Assembly (NCBI GenBank): GCA_964016885.1
Contig: OZ024759.1
Location: forward strand, 36,704,001-36,768,000
Source of the DNA: Eledone cirrhosa
Lineage: Eukaryota
Length of the DNA stretch: 64,000 nucleotides
Reading direction: 5' to 3'
Below, one piece after another: positions 34,960-49,046 of this stretch; position 1 is the first letter of the stretch; each line of letters opens with the position of its first letter. The notes under the pieces were generated by a model. It did not search any database. It had not been told where the DNA came from and worked only from the letters and a program-made list of their open reading frames with translations. Made by a program: the position numbers and the translations under genes.

Positions 34960-36174
34960 TTCAGATGGTTGATTCTATTAGATATTGATTTTTCAAATCC
35001 CGCCGAGGTTGACTTTGCCTTTCATCCTTACGGGGTCGATAAAATAAAGTACCAGTAATGCACTGGATAATTGCAGGCCTTGTGCCTAAAGTAGAAACAA
35101 TTATTGTTATTATAAGGAGTTGTTGCTCTCTGTCGAAACGGCACAAGCTTAGCCGTGGGGCAGAGAATCCTTATGATAATATCTACACTACGTTTCTTAA
35201 ATATTGAGTACTAAATTGAATAATGGTCTTAACTAGTAACATCTCACCCCCCCCTCTATATATGTGTGTGTGTAGCCTATATTCTTTGTAAACAAATTTA
35301 TATAAATATGCATGACACACTTACATATATATATATTTAACTCCATCTCTCTCTATATATATATGTCTCTGTCTCTCTCTCTATATATAACTCCATCTCT
35401 CTCTATATATATATATGTCTGTATGTCTCTGTCTCTCTCCCTCACACTCACCAGGGGCGGGGGATGACTGCAGTAACTCCAATGTTTATATATGGTATTT
35501 AGGGGCTGTGCTTACACGTGTGTGTGTGTATTCATTACACGCATCTAAAATTATACACACACCTCTAAACATCAGTGCGCGCACACACACACACACACAT
35601 ACACACACACATACACACACACACACACATATGCATATATAAATGGACGATTGGGATTATGCTTACACGTGTGTGTGTGTACTTATTATACACACCTATG
35701 TGCAAGTGTGTATATGCACGTGTATATACATATATATATATTTGGAGATTACGCTTGCGTGTCTATTCATTACATCTAAAATTAAACACGCACCTGTGTG
35801 AGGTTGGATTAGATCTCAGTGTATTATATAACACAACGTTTAGTTGTTGTTGTTGTTTTATTGAGACTGAAAACGAAAGTAATACGTTTGCTCTTCACAC
35901 AACACACACAATCTCTAAATCATTTAAATACTTTACACATGTTCCAATACATAATACTTAATTAACAGTATATATATAGATATATGTGTGTGTGTGTATA
36001 ATCGTTTAAAGTTCACTTTCCCTGGTAGTATATACACACACTCCATGCGTTTTAAAGGGGTTAGCTTTGTGGGTGTTCATACTCATTATGTCTTACCGCC
36101 TGAATGCTCCTCATGTTGCCAACCCCTTTAGGGATAGATAAATGAATTGATGGATGGATAGACAGATGGACAAA

Positions 36175-36972
36175 TAGATGGGTTGGTGGGTAGATATATA
36201 TATAGATGGGTTGGTGGGTAGATATATATATAGATGGGTTGGTGGGTAGATATATATATAGATGGGTTGGTGGGTAGATATATATATAGATGGGTTGGTG
36301 GGTAGATATATAGATGGGTTGGTGGGTATATATATAGATGGGTTGGTGGGTAGATAGATATATAGATGGGTTGGTGGGTAGATAGATATATAGATGGGTT
36401 GGTGGGTAGATAGATATATAGATGGGTTGGTGGGTAGATATATATATAGATGGGTTGGTGGGTAGATATATATATAGATGGGTTGGTGGGTAGATATATA
36501 TATAGATGGGTTGGTGGGTATATATATAGATGGGTTGGTGGGTAGATAGATATATAGATGGTTTGGTGGGTAGATATATAGATGGGTTGGTAGATAGATA
36601 GATATATAGATGGGTTGGTGGGTAGATATATATATAGATGGGTTGGTGGGTAGATATATATATAGATGGGTTGGTGGGTAGATATATATATAGATGGGTT
36701 GGTGGGTAGATATATATATAGATGGGTTGGTGGGTATATATATAGATGGGTTGGTGGGTAGATAGATATATAGATGGGTTGGTGGGTAGATATATAGATG
36801 GGTTGGTAGATAGATATATATATAGATGGGTTGGTGGGTAGATATATATATAGATGGGTTGGTGGGTAGATATATATATAGATGGGTTGGTGGGTAGATA
36901 GATATATAGATGGGTTGGTGGGTAGATAGATATATAGATGGGTTGGTAGATAGATATATAGATGGGTTGGTA
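36175..36972. repeat. G-rich minisatellite, units about 24-28 bp
   Basis: Unit GATGGGTTGGTGGGTAGA(TA)n. Confidence 0.95.
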
Positions 36973-37711
36973 GACAGATAAATGGGCCAGCACATAAATG
37001 GATGGGTTGACAGATGAAGGTAGGGATAGAGAGGGAGAGATACTAACAGGAAGAGGTGAATAGTTAGGAAGGAGAGAGAGATAGAACAGTAGGTGGTGGA
37101 AGTGAGAGATAGAGAAGAGATAGTGGGGGGTGAGAAAGAGAAATAGAATGGTAGGAATGAGAGAGAATGGAATGGTGGGAGGGAGAGAGAGTGACTAAAG
37201 TAGTCAGGAAAGATAGGAGGGTTTGAATCAATTGTCAAGAAGCAAACCACTCCACCACCACTACACGTGTTTGTGATGATTTTTTGCTCTTTTGTATATA
37301 TATTGACAATGGCAAGGTCCTGGGTTCAACTCCAGTCATTTACCAGTCTTGGGCTGATCCCTGCCGTGTCAGTGAAATTTGGTAGACAAAAACTGTGTGG
37401 AAGCCTGTCAGATGGACTACTGTATCTGTAATACAAAGGACCAGTTTTATGATATACAATGTTAAAGGTACACGTGTCTGTGGTGGAATATTTGGTCTTA
37501 TAAACAGGCTGTTCCGTTGATCAAACAACAGGAAAACTCTACTCCTTCTCGGATCTTCATTCCCTCGTTCCTTCCATTTGTGAGAACGTTTGAAGCTATG
37601 TGTGTGTGTGTCTGGATATGTGTATATATCTATGTATGGAATGTATGTGTGTATATGTAGATGTGTGTGTATATATATATATATGGATGGATGTATGTGT
37701 GTATATATGGA

Positions 37712-37788
<77 letters not shown>

Positions 37789-38103
37789 GGGTGTGTGTGT
37801 GTGTATATATATATATATGGATGTATGTGTGTGTATATAGATGCACTAGTGTTTGTTCTTCCCCCTCCCGCTATTTGTATTACTCCTCTCACCACACCTC
37901 ACACCAATTTATCATTACATCAGCAGCAGGACATCCAGACCTCCCCCCCCTCGTTCTTGGCCATGTATTTAAAGATCTCCCCCCCCCCTCATTGTTGCCC
38001 ATGTATTTAAAGATATTGATTCTTGGTTCTGTGTTTATTCTTTCGAAGGAAGAAGAAAATAACTGTACCCCCCCCCCTCTCTCTCTCTCTCTATATATAT
38101 ATT

Positions 38104-38138
<35 letters not shown>

Positions 38139-38605
38139 GATTTTGTAAATAAAATAAATAAATAAGAACAAAAATATATACATATACATACACACATACA
38201 CACGCACGCACATACACTCATACACACGTATAAAAATGTGTATTTATATGTGTGTGTATATGTATATATATGATTTTATATAGATATATACATGGTTTTT
38301 TATATGTATATGTGTGTGTATGTATTTTACTCTCTATCTTTCTCTATCACTCTCTCACTGTCTCTTCTCTCTCTCTTCTCTCTCCAGCTCTTCCTATTGG
38401 TTGAGTAATAATATTGGCAGAGAGATGGCGTGGGTTGTGTGTGGCGATATAAGTCCTACACTATCCAAAAATCCTTCTGTGTGTGTGTGTGTGTGTATAT
38501 ATATATGTGTGTGTGTATATATATATATACACACACATGTATATGTTTATATATATATATACACACACATGTATATGTTTATATATATACATACACACAC
38601 ACGTG

Positions 38606-38649
<44 letters not shown>

Positions 38650-39299
38650 TATATATATATATATATAAATGTGTGTATGATGAGTCATCTATAAATCATA
38701 TCTATGTTGAGCGAATGTTGAACTCAGTTATCAATAAAAATAATAATAAAAGGAGTTTGGGGCGGGGATAACAATTGATTGTCTCCCTTGTATCTACCCA
38801 TTACCTACCTACATCCAATCATTAGCTATTCTTATCTATGAACCATCAAGAAAACCTTTACATGACTGATGTGCCTGCTAAAAACAATAGTCAAATATCC
38901 CTCAAACCTCACAACCATCACCATCATCGTCGTATGTCTGTTTTCCATGTCAGCATTGATTGGGTGGGTTGATATGATCAGATAACCACCTCTTGCTTGT
39001 GCTTTTCATATTTTAGCATCGTTTCTATAGCTGGATACCTTTCCTAATGCCACTATGTACCTTTTACCATCTTTGGTGGTCTACATCTAATACCATCTGT
39101 GGTGGGGCCTGCTTATTACATCTGGTCTGGGTCTAATACAATCTGTGGTGGGGCCTGCTTATTACATCTGGTCTGGTTCTAATACCATCTGTGGTGGGGC
39201 CTGCAATTCACATCTGGTCTGTGTGTGTAGATATGACCATGTATGTTAACAGCAGCTTGTGATAGACAATATGTATATACACACACACACATAAGTCAG

Positions 39300-39600
39300 C
39301 ATCTTAACAACAACCATCAAGACAAACACAGTTGGGTTGGCCACATACTGTGACTCAGTGACAACAGATGGACGATCAGAGTGACAAAGTGGACCCCAAC
39401 AAAATGGAGAAGATCAAAAGGACGTCCAAGGACAAGATGGTGAGATGACCTCACCAACCACCTAGGACCCTCATAGCGAGGTGACCTCACCAACCTCCTA
39501 GGACCCTCATGGCGAGGTGACCTCACCAACCACCTAGGACCCTCATGACCAAGACTGGCAAGGGACAGAAGTCGGTGGAAGGATTCCAGGGAAGGGTTTC
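39300..39600 (+). mobile_element. RTE-1-type LINE 3' fragment
   Basis: KHSWVGHIL*LSDNRWT...WTP...RSKGRPRTRW followed by a short tandem triplication. Confidence 0.7.
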
Positions 39601-39636
39601 TCCTCCTTGAGTGATTTCAAGACCCTGGGTCAAGGA

Positions 39637-39768
39637 TGTATATATAAATACACATGTATGTATATATAAATACACATGTATGTATATATAAATACACATG
39701 TATGTATATATAAATACACATGTATGTATATATAAATACACATGTATGTATATATAAATACACATGTA
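39637..39768. repeat. 22-bp minisatellite
   Basis: Unit ATGTATGTATATATAAATACAC. Confidence 0.9.
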
Positions 39769-40222
39769 TCATCATCATCATCATGATCATCATCATCGTT
39801 TTACGTCCGTTCTTCCACGCTAGCATGGGTTAGATGGGTTGTCCTGTTGTGAGCAGTGTCCGGTCGGCTGATCTTGTCTTGCTCATATGAGAACTGATTC
39901 TGGCTTCATTTCTACAGCCGAATACCCTTCCTAACACCAACCTCATTTACAGTGAGTGCTGGGTGCTTTTTTGCCGTGGCACCTCCACGTCCACTTTACA
40001 GTGTGGGCTGGGTGCTTTTTTGCCGTGGCACCTACACGTCCACTTTACAGTGTGGGCTGGGTGCTTTTTTGCCGTGGCACCTCCACGACCACTTTACAGT
40101 GGAATGATAGGGACTCCAGTCCTATCATCTCATTTCTACAGCTGAGTAAACTGGAGCAATGTGAAATAAAATGTCTTGCTCAAGGAAACAACACATCACT
40201 CGGTCCAAGAATTGAACTCACA
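39768..40222 (-). mobile_element. SINE with an RTE-derived tail
   Basis: Same organisation as 31998-32380. Confidence 0.8.
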
Positions 40223-40366
40223 AATGTAAATATTACCTAATACGACAGCTGCAACCTGATGACATCTGTCGCCCCCATACCAGTAATACATGTCAGTGTA
40301 TGGTTTACATTTACTTGGATTGTGGTTGGTTCTGGTTTTATTTAACATTAGTTACAGATATATATA

Positions 40367-40699
40367 CAGTAGTCCCCCATTATTTGCAGGGGTTACGTTC
40401 CTAGAGCACCTGCGAATATTGGACATGGTCTATAAAAATACATATAAATGTGAAAATATAACATAAAATATAATTTTAAAAAAAGAGGGAACATCTTATG
40501 CGAAGAGTCGCACCAATAGGCCGGCAAATATTGTTAGTAATAATTTAGTGTTAAAAAATATATTTATATTGCTATGAAAAAAGCCATAAAAAATTGCGGA
40601 AGATATTTACGATTCTGTGAATATGCAGTGGTTTCCGTTAGTTAGGTCCCGAGGAAAGTCCTGCGAATAACCGGGACCAGGAATGCTGGGGATACACTG
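40367..40699. mobile_element. Tigger/pogo-like MITE
   Basis: CAGTAGTCCCCC...CACTG termini; homologous to 1069-1415. Confidence 0.7.
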
Positions 40700-40767
40700 T
40701 GTATATATATGTATATATACCCAGTGGTAACTTTGCATAAGTTTCTCTCTCTTTATATATATATATA

Positions 40768-40805
<38 letters not shown>

Positions 40806-41770
40806 CCCATTTAGTCAATAATTTTCACATCACAAATTTAGGTCAAAGCAATAAATTTTATCTGGTAATTAGCTGAAAACTATATATATATATATATAGT
40901 GTGTGTGTGTGTGTGTGCGTTATATATATATGTGTGTTTTCTTTTCAACTAAAGTACACACACACACATATATATATGTATGTCATCATATGTCCATGCT
41001 GGCATGAGTTTAGCTGGTTCTTACATATCAATCAGGTCAGCACTTAATCAGAACTACTGTCTTCCTGGATGGTCTAGTGGGGGTGGTGTGGTGAACCAGT
41101 TTTGGCATTGTCCCTACTGCTAGATGTCCTGTATATATGTATATATATATGTGTGTATATATATATTTGTATGTGTGTGTGTATATCTGTCTAGGGCTGG
41201 TAAAATTCCCGAGATCTGTGGACAAGTTCTCTCCAGTGGTCTCTGTCCTTCATCAACACCGCCATGTCCTGCATCTCCCAGAGACCAGTGTCTGTTCTTA
41301 GGGCATCAATATATGTCAACCTCGCTCTCCCTCTTCTAGTGTGTCCGTGTAGGGGCTCCTACAGGACCACTGAGTGCAGTGTCAACTCTGAATGTCAGTG
41401 AGCATGTCCAGCTAACATCAGTCTCCTCTGTGTCACTTTCGAGTTGACTTTTGGGAGGCTCCCGTATAGCTATGAGTTCTTCATCCTCAAGAACCATCCT
41501 GGCGTAGCCAACCGGTCCAACCACCCTCATGGTGGGACCACACAGCTCCCAATTTATTGTTCCATTGAGGGCAGGGTATGGAGTAGCCAACTGGTCAGAT
41601 CCTCCTCATAATGCTCACCCGTTCTCTCTCTCTCATTTGTACAAATCATTTTTTTATTTTAATATCTTTTGCAGAGAATCAAATACACCTGCCTGTCTAT
41701 ATATCTATCTCTGATTCTAGTTGTGTGTGTGTGTGTATATATCTATATATCTTTACTTATCTATCAATGT

Positions 41771-41816
<46 letters not shown>

Positions 41817-42190
41817 TTGACACCTGTCACAGTGTTTATATGTTTTGTGAAACACCTGTCAGTACATTATAAACACCTAACATCTATTCACATCACCTTT
41901 ATTTACATGCTGTATGTCACAAACATACACACACTCCAGTGTATATATATATGTGTGTATATATATATATATATACTCATCAGCATAATCATCATTTTAC
42001 AGATGCTTTTCCATGCATGTGGTGTGTGTATAAAGATGTATGTATATATATTCATGATTGAGATAGTTGGAAGTTGCACCAGCATATATATGTATGTGTA
42101 TATATATGTATGTGTATATATATTATTCAAAATATTAATAAATGAAGATATTCTCATAACCAAAATATATATTTTGTGTATATATGTATT

Positions 42191-42227
<37 letters not shown>

Positions 42228-43636
42228 GTGAGTGTGTGTGTGCATGTATGTATGTGTGTGTGTGTATATATGCATGTATGTGTGTGTGTGTGTATATATG
42301 TATGTGTGTGTGTGTATGTATATATGTATGTGTGTGTGTGTATGTATATATGCATGTATGTGTGTGTGTATATGTATATATGCATGTATGTGTGTGTGTG
42401 TGTATGTATATGCATGTATGTGTGTGTGTGTGTATATGCATGTATGTGTGTGTGTGTGTATGTATATGCATGTATGTGTGTGTGTGTATATATGCATGTA
42501 TGTGTGTGTGTGTATGTATATATGCATGTGTGTGTATGTATATATGTATGTATATGTGTGTGTGTGTGTATGTATGTATATATATATATATGTGTATATA
42601 TATACACACAGAGGGTTGATGGGGTTGAACCAACACTGAGTTATGATTTAAAAAAATAACAAAATAACGAAACAAATCAATGTAGTTTGTAAAAATCAAT
42701 AGATTTCTAGTGATCAATATTGTTGTGGTTTCTTTATATCTCTATTTTATTTTGTTTTGTTTGTCTTTGTAGATCTACATTATCACCACCATCACCACGA
42801 CCCATCACCACCATCACCACCATTATCACGACCCATCACCACCATTATCGCCACCACCATGACCCATCACCACCATCATCATGACCCACCATCATCACCA
42901 CGACCCATCCTCTGCATTATCACCACCATCAACACGACCCATCACCACCACCACCACCATTATCACCACCATCATCATCACCTTCTATAAGTTATTTTAT
43001 TGCAGTATATGGAGAGGGGGAGGGGCAGACAATATGGCCCAGTCTGTGTGTGAGGGAGAGGGCAGGGACAGAAACTATCCCAGTATGTGAGGAGAGGCAG
43101 ACACTATGCCCCAGTCTGAGCGGTGCCCTCCTCCCCCCACACACAGATAAAATGGTAAAAGCACTATTGCAGGGAATGGCCAGAGATGACTTGAAAATGA
43201 TAGGTAATGTCTTTCATTAGAAATATGGTGATGATGATGATGATGATTGAAAGGCTTTGATGATGATGATCAATCTCTACACACAGATCAATCTCATACT
43301 GTGATCAATGAATTGGAACATTCTTCATTGGAACTGATAAAAGTCCAAGACACACATATACATATACATATATACAGACACACACACATATATACAGACA
43401 CACACATATACAGACACACATATATACAGACACACATATAGAGACAGACACACACATATACAGACAGATACACACATATAGAGATAGATACACACACATA
43501 TAGAGACAGACACACTTATACAGACAGACACACACATACACAGACACACACACATACAGAGAGACTCACACATACACATACACACACACATACAGAGAGA
43601 CTCACACATACACAAACACACACATACAGAGAGACT

Positions 43637-43713
<77 letters not shown>

Positions 43714-43753
43714 AAATCAGCTGTTTTTGTTGAATTTTAGCAAGATAAGAACT

Positions 43754-43785
<32 letters not shown>

Positions 43786-44233
43786 TACTGATTGACTGAC
43801 TGACAGACAGACAGACAGACACAGACAGACTGACTGAGAGACACACATGGAGACAGATACACACACACTTTTCAATATATGGGCAAGCATACGCAACAGT
43901 CACACACACATAAATGCACACACACACACATTCACTTCGAGACACACACAATTAGAGACAGACAGATACACACATACACACACTTAGATACACAGACAGT
44001 ATGCCAGTGTGTGTTGCTATTATTTTTCAAGCTTCTGTCTGGGTTATTGTTTGGAGTCTGCCATTATGGCATGGTGGTGGTGGTGGTTAGTAATTCAGTG
44101 TATAGATATTGCTTTCTTTACAGATCAATAAATCTTGCTTCTTACACAGATTTTAAAGTACTTTCTACTTTCAACCTGACTCTTAACCCTTTCTTTACCC
44201 TCTATATGGCTAATGAAAGACACTCTGATTGTT

Positions 44234-44312
<79 letters not shown>

Positions 44313-44469
44313 TATGATATAAAAATTGCTTCTACAGGACTAGGACTGTTTCTTTTGAAGGAAATCTTCGGGAAAGGGCTTTCCTGAAAATTTCTGTCAA
44401 ATATACTCTACTAAAAATTGAGTACCTTACTTACTGTGGTTACCCCCGAAGGAACCTGGGACTCACATA

Positions 44470-44531
<62 letters not shown>

Positions 44532-45147
44532 CATTTCTGTATGTATGTATACATATATATGCATAAATGTAAAAAAAAAACAAGACAAATGAAGATGATA
44601 GAAATATGTTTTTACATAATTCTCTACAATTGTTTCTGCCTAAATCAAACATGCTTTGTGGCATATAGTTATGTCCCTTTACATTCTGAGTTCAAATCAC
44701 ATCAAGGTTAACTTAGCCTCTCATCCTAACGGAGCCAATAAGTCTTGAACACTCTTTTCTTTTCTCAGGACTATATGACTGAAGCAATGACAAGAAGCTC
44801 TCAGCACGCCTGAGTCCATAAGTGTGCCATTTGCAAAGTGATGAAATAGCTCTGACGTTTAACGAAGAAGGGAGATTAGGGACAAGCATATACACTCTAT
44901 TGTATAAGCATGTAAGAAATACAATGGCAGAATTGCACAGCCCAAGTTGTATTCCTCTAAAAATAAAGTACCAGTCATGCAGTGGAGTCGATTTAATCAA
45001 CTTTCCCCTCCCTCAAATTGCTGGCCTTGTGCTCAAATCAGACACCATTATTATTATTTGTTTTGTCTGTTTTTCCACTTCAGGATTGTTGAATATATAT
45101 CAATGGTATTGTTAACCCACACTGTCAAATCCTCTCGCTACCACAAC

Positions 45148-45223
45148 ATGGGAAAGAAGAATCGACTGAAACCTTCCAGGGACCCAGTTGTTGCCTCTGA
45201 ATCTTCGGAAGAGAGTTTCGTAG
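45148..45223 (+). CDS. USP16/USP45: USP16/USP45-like deubiquitinase, first coding exon (acceptor at 45084; in-frame upstream ATG at 45103)
   Basis: MGKKNRLKPSRDPVVASESSEESFV(G)|gtaag; MGKK start as in USP16. Confidence 0.8.
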
Positions 45224-45698
45224 GTAAGTTTATTTCAATAATAATGTACTAACACATCATCGTCATTGTTTTGGTCTGTTTTCCATGCTGGTATGAATTG
45301 GACCAGTTGTTACAGATCAAGTCAGTACTTAATTGTAGCTACTGTACTCCTTGGCGGACTGTGAAACTGTCCTTGCTTTGATACATTCCATTTCGGCATT
45401 GTTTCTACAGCTGGATGCCCTTCCTAATGCCATCCACTTTACAGTGTGTCCTGGGTGTATTTTATCATGGCACCAACATGAGAGATGCTGTCATGTGACA
45501 CAACTGTAGATTCCTCTCAAACCTTTTTTTTTACTCTAAGTATATATCTCCTAACATTTCACAACTTTCTGTGTTTGTTAGTAAAGTCTTTGTAAAACTA
45601 TAAAACTACCGAATATACTCAAACTAAGTTGAAGAATATGTGACCAAAACATTGATGGTAAAATGGGGTGGGCATTGGCTCATATACACCATCTAAAC

Positions 45699-46060
45699 CA
45701 GCGGTCGCCAACCTTTTGGACCTCACAGACCATTAAATTCATAATTTTAAATCCCACAGACCACTAATCTGAATTTTTTTAAAAAGATAAATACATTTGT
45801 AAATTAATGATCAGAGAACTTCCATTTTATTAAACAATACTGAAGTGTACGTATGTCATATTGTCGATAGATGATACATATGTTAAGATTCTTTCATGGA
45901 TATTAGTTCTTTACTGAGGAGAAACATTTTTTAGGGCTGTTATAGAATATATTTTAACCAAATATTTTTGTTTTATTAGTAATAAAATAAAAATTGCAAA
46001 TAATGTCCAAATTTTTCTGCAGATCATCAGTTTCTGTGGATCACTAGTTGGGGACTGGTG
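45699..46060. mobile_element. hAT (Charlie-like) MITE
   Basis: CAGCGGTCGCCAAC...GTTGGGGACTGGTG termini with a perfect 8-bp TSD ATCTAAAC (45691-98 and 46061-68). Confidence 0.85.
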
Positions 46061-46206
46061 ATCTAAACAGTGTGTTGATTACCTGCCTTTTCATATAAAT
46101 AGGGTTTGGATTTTTTCCCATTTCTCAGACATAAAATAGAGGGGTGAGCTTCTATTCAAGGATATAAAACTCTTTTCATAATTATTTGACCATTTTTCTT
46201 TTCCAG

Positions 46207-46292
46207 GGCAGGGCTGCCCTCACGTAAACAAAGCTGTCAATGTTGCAGCTATGAAGAAATCTTTGACGAAGGAAAAATTTGGAACTTGCAAA
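46207..46292 (+). CDS. USP16/USP45: USP16/45 exon (ZnF-UBP start)
   Basis: ttccag|GQGCPHVNKAVNVAAMKKSLTKEKFGTCK|gtatgt. Confidence 0.92.
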
Positions 46293-47188
46293 GTATGTAA
46301 CAACTCTTCCTTTATGTTGGTTTCTCGGGGGAATGTCGTAGTTATTGTTTATTCTTTATGGGGGGTGTATGGTCATGTGTGAGTATATATATATATTCTC
46401 AGCAGTTCCAGACAGTAGCTAACGAGCAGAATACTCAATGTTGACAAGGAGCAAGACACTCCGAAACAATTGTTGATTGTTTTCTCTCAGCTACCGATGG
46501 AACAAAAGGATGAAGTTGTTCATCTACCACGTGGTGTTTTTATGAGGCTGTTTACTTGTAAACAAATTGAATAGTAATAATATTAGGATATTATAATATT
46601 ATTATTTGGCAGTATCGGTAGAGGGTCGGACACCATGCTTTGATGCACAGAGTTACGGCCCTTGCCATTCTGTGTTCAAATCTCGCCGAGGTTAACTTTG
46701 CCTTTCATCCTTACGTGGTCGATAAAATAAAGTACCAGTAATGAACTGGGTAATTGCTGGCCTTGTGCCAAAAGTAGAAACAATTATTATTCACTCACAA
46801 ATACATTTATATATCCACAATGTTAAGAACGAAAGCAAATTTTGTTTTTTATATATATATTTATATACAAAATGAGGACCAAGGTTATTCTAATTCAATC
46901 TTTTAACGTCTGCTTTCCCTACTAGTAAGGGTTAGATTGATCAACACGGACTGTGTTAGTATTGAGGCAGAGGTACTGACTTTTCAGGCAGACGGGAGGA
47001 ACATTTCTCAATTATATACATTCCTGCACTCTTCAGAGTGTAGCTGGTGCATTTTATGATAGCGTCTGCACCAGGAAGCTTATCTCTGCATGTTTGTGTG
47101 TTTGTGTGTGTGTGTGTGTTATTTACTCCATGAAAAACTTCAATGAAGAAGCCCTAACCTGGCTATTGTTTCTGTGCACCACCAACAG

Positions 47189-47299
47189 GACTGTCCTAAG
47201 AAATCTGAGAATAAGAGAAACTCTGACACAACGTTGGCAGTAAATGGAGGCGATGACTATGAGTGGACATTGTGGGTTTGTCTGCTATGTGGAAATCAG
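47189..47299 (+). CDS. USP16/USP45: USP16/45 exon (ZnF-UBP)
   Basis: DCPKK...TLWVCLLCGNQ|gtaac. Confidence 0.92.
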
Positions 47300-47429
47300 G
47301 TAACTTCATTGATCAATTATTTATTGATTAACTATTGATTGATTATTCTTGGCTTTCTTTTCATTGAGATCTTTAGATATCAAAACCAAGTATATACTGC
47401 TATAGTCACTTGTTATTGTTGTTGTTGTA

Positions 47430-47645
47430 AGGCGGTGGATTGGCAGTAATTGGTAGAGTGTCAGACAACGTGCTTCACAGCACAGAGTTACGTCCCTTTA
47501 CATTCTGAGTTCAAATCTCGCCGAGGTTAACTTTGTCTTTCATCCTTACGGGGGTCGATAAAATAAAGTACCAGTAATGCACTGGGGTAGATTTAATCGA
47601 CTTTCCCTTCCCGCCAAATTACTGGCCTTGTGCCTATACTAGAAA
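47430..47645 (+). mobile_element. tRNA-derived SINE with a Deu/Nin-like central domain
   Basis: Head with GTTCAAATC B-box, then CTTTCATCCTTACGGGGGTCGATAAAATAAAGTACCAG; many copies (about 3740, 10580, 19830, 22500-22980, 26530-26885, 34990, 44650, 46605, 62480-63100). Confidence 0.72.
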
Positions 47646-47984
47646 TCATTGTCCACATATCAGCTGCTCTTGATAGGTTTGTGGTAGAGCCTGTAGCCAT
47701 GGAGACTCAGCGTTCTTGGTCTCCGGATCACATCCTTACTACTACTGGAGTGGCTGTTCCAGTGTGTCTTCCTCGCTGTCCTCCAGGGCAAAGTATTCTC
47801 CATCCTGTGGGCCGGGACCCAGAGGTGGAGGGGAAGTGTACTCATTCGGACATCACATACATCATGAAGCGAGACATTCCCGCATCAAATGGAACAAAAG
47901 CATCTAACCATGCTAGCGTGGAAGATAGACATTAAACGATGATGATGTACAGTCTGTCACACAAGCACTATGGTCTGATATGTA

Positions 47985-48865
47985 TATGTGTGTATGTGTG
48001 TGTCTTTGTAGGTATCTGTGTGTATCTGTATGTCTCTGTAGGAGTGTGTGTGTGTGTCTTTGTAGGTATCTGTGTGTATCTGTATGTCTCTGTAGGAGTG
48101 TGTGTGTGTGTGTGTATGTAGATATGTGTGTATCTGTATGTCTCTGTAGGAGTGTGTGTGTGTGTATGTAGATATCTGTGTATCTGTATGTCTCTGTAGG
48201 AGTGTGTGTGTGTGTGTATGTAGATATGTGTGTATCTGTATGTCTCTGTAGGAGTGTGTGTGTGTGTATGTAGATATCTGTGTATCTGTATGTCTCTGTA
48301 GGAGTGTGTGTGTGTGTGTGTATGTAGATATGTGTGTATCTGTATGTCTCTGTAGGAGTGTGTGTGTGTGTGTAGATATCTATGTGTATCTGTATGTCTC
48401 TGTAGGAGTGTGTGTGTGTGTATGTAGATATCTGTGTATCTGTATGTCTCTGTAGGAGTGTGTGTGTGTATGTAGGTATCTGTGTATCTGTATGTCTCTG
48501 TAGGGGTGTGTGTGTGTGTATGTAGATATCTGTGTGTATCTGTATGTCTCTGTAGGAGTGTGTGTGTGTATGTAGATATCTATGTGTATCTGTATGTCTC
48601 TGTAGGAGTGTGTGTGTGTGTATGTAGATATCTGTGTATCTGTATGTCTCTGTAGGAGTGTGTGTGTGTATGTAGGTATCTGTGTATCTGTATGTCTCTG
48701 TAGGAGTGTGTGTGTGTATGTAGATATCTATGTGTATCTGTATGTCTCTGTAGGAGTGTGTGTGTGTATGTAGGTATCTGTGTATCTGTATGTCTCTGTA
48801 GGAGTGTGTGTGTGTGTGTATGCAGGTATCTGTGTGTATCTGTATGTCTCTGTATGTGTGTGTGT
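47985..48865. repeat. Minisatellite, units about 50 bp
   Basis: Unit GTATCTGTATGTCTCTGTAGGAG(TG)nTATGTAGATATCTGT. Confidence 0.93.
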
Positions 48866-49046
48866 CTGTCTCTTTCTCTATGTGTCTGAACATTCTATCT
48901 GTCTCTGTAGGTGTGTGTGTATGTCCATATCTGTGTGTATATTCTGCCTCTGAGTGTGTCTATTATACAGCCCTACACAGAAACAGTCGTCCATTCCTGA
49001 CTTTTAACCCATGTCTCCATTTTTCTCCTCCTGTCCCACCCCCCAG

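Noticed and set aside
41336-41590. 84-aa ORF in a GC-richer patch
   Set aside because: No recognisable domain or splice context; probably a decayed TE fragment
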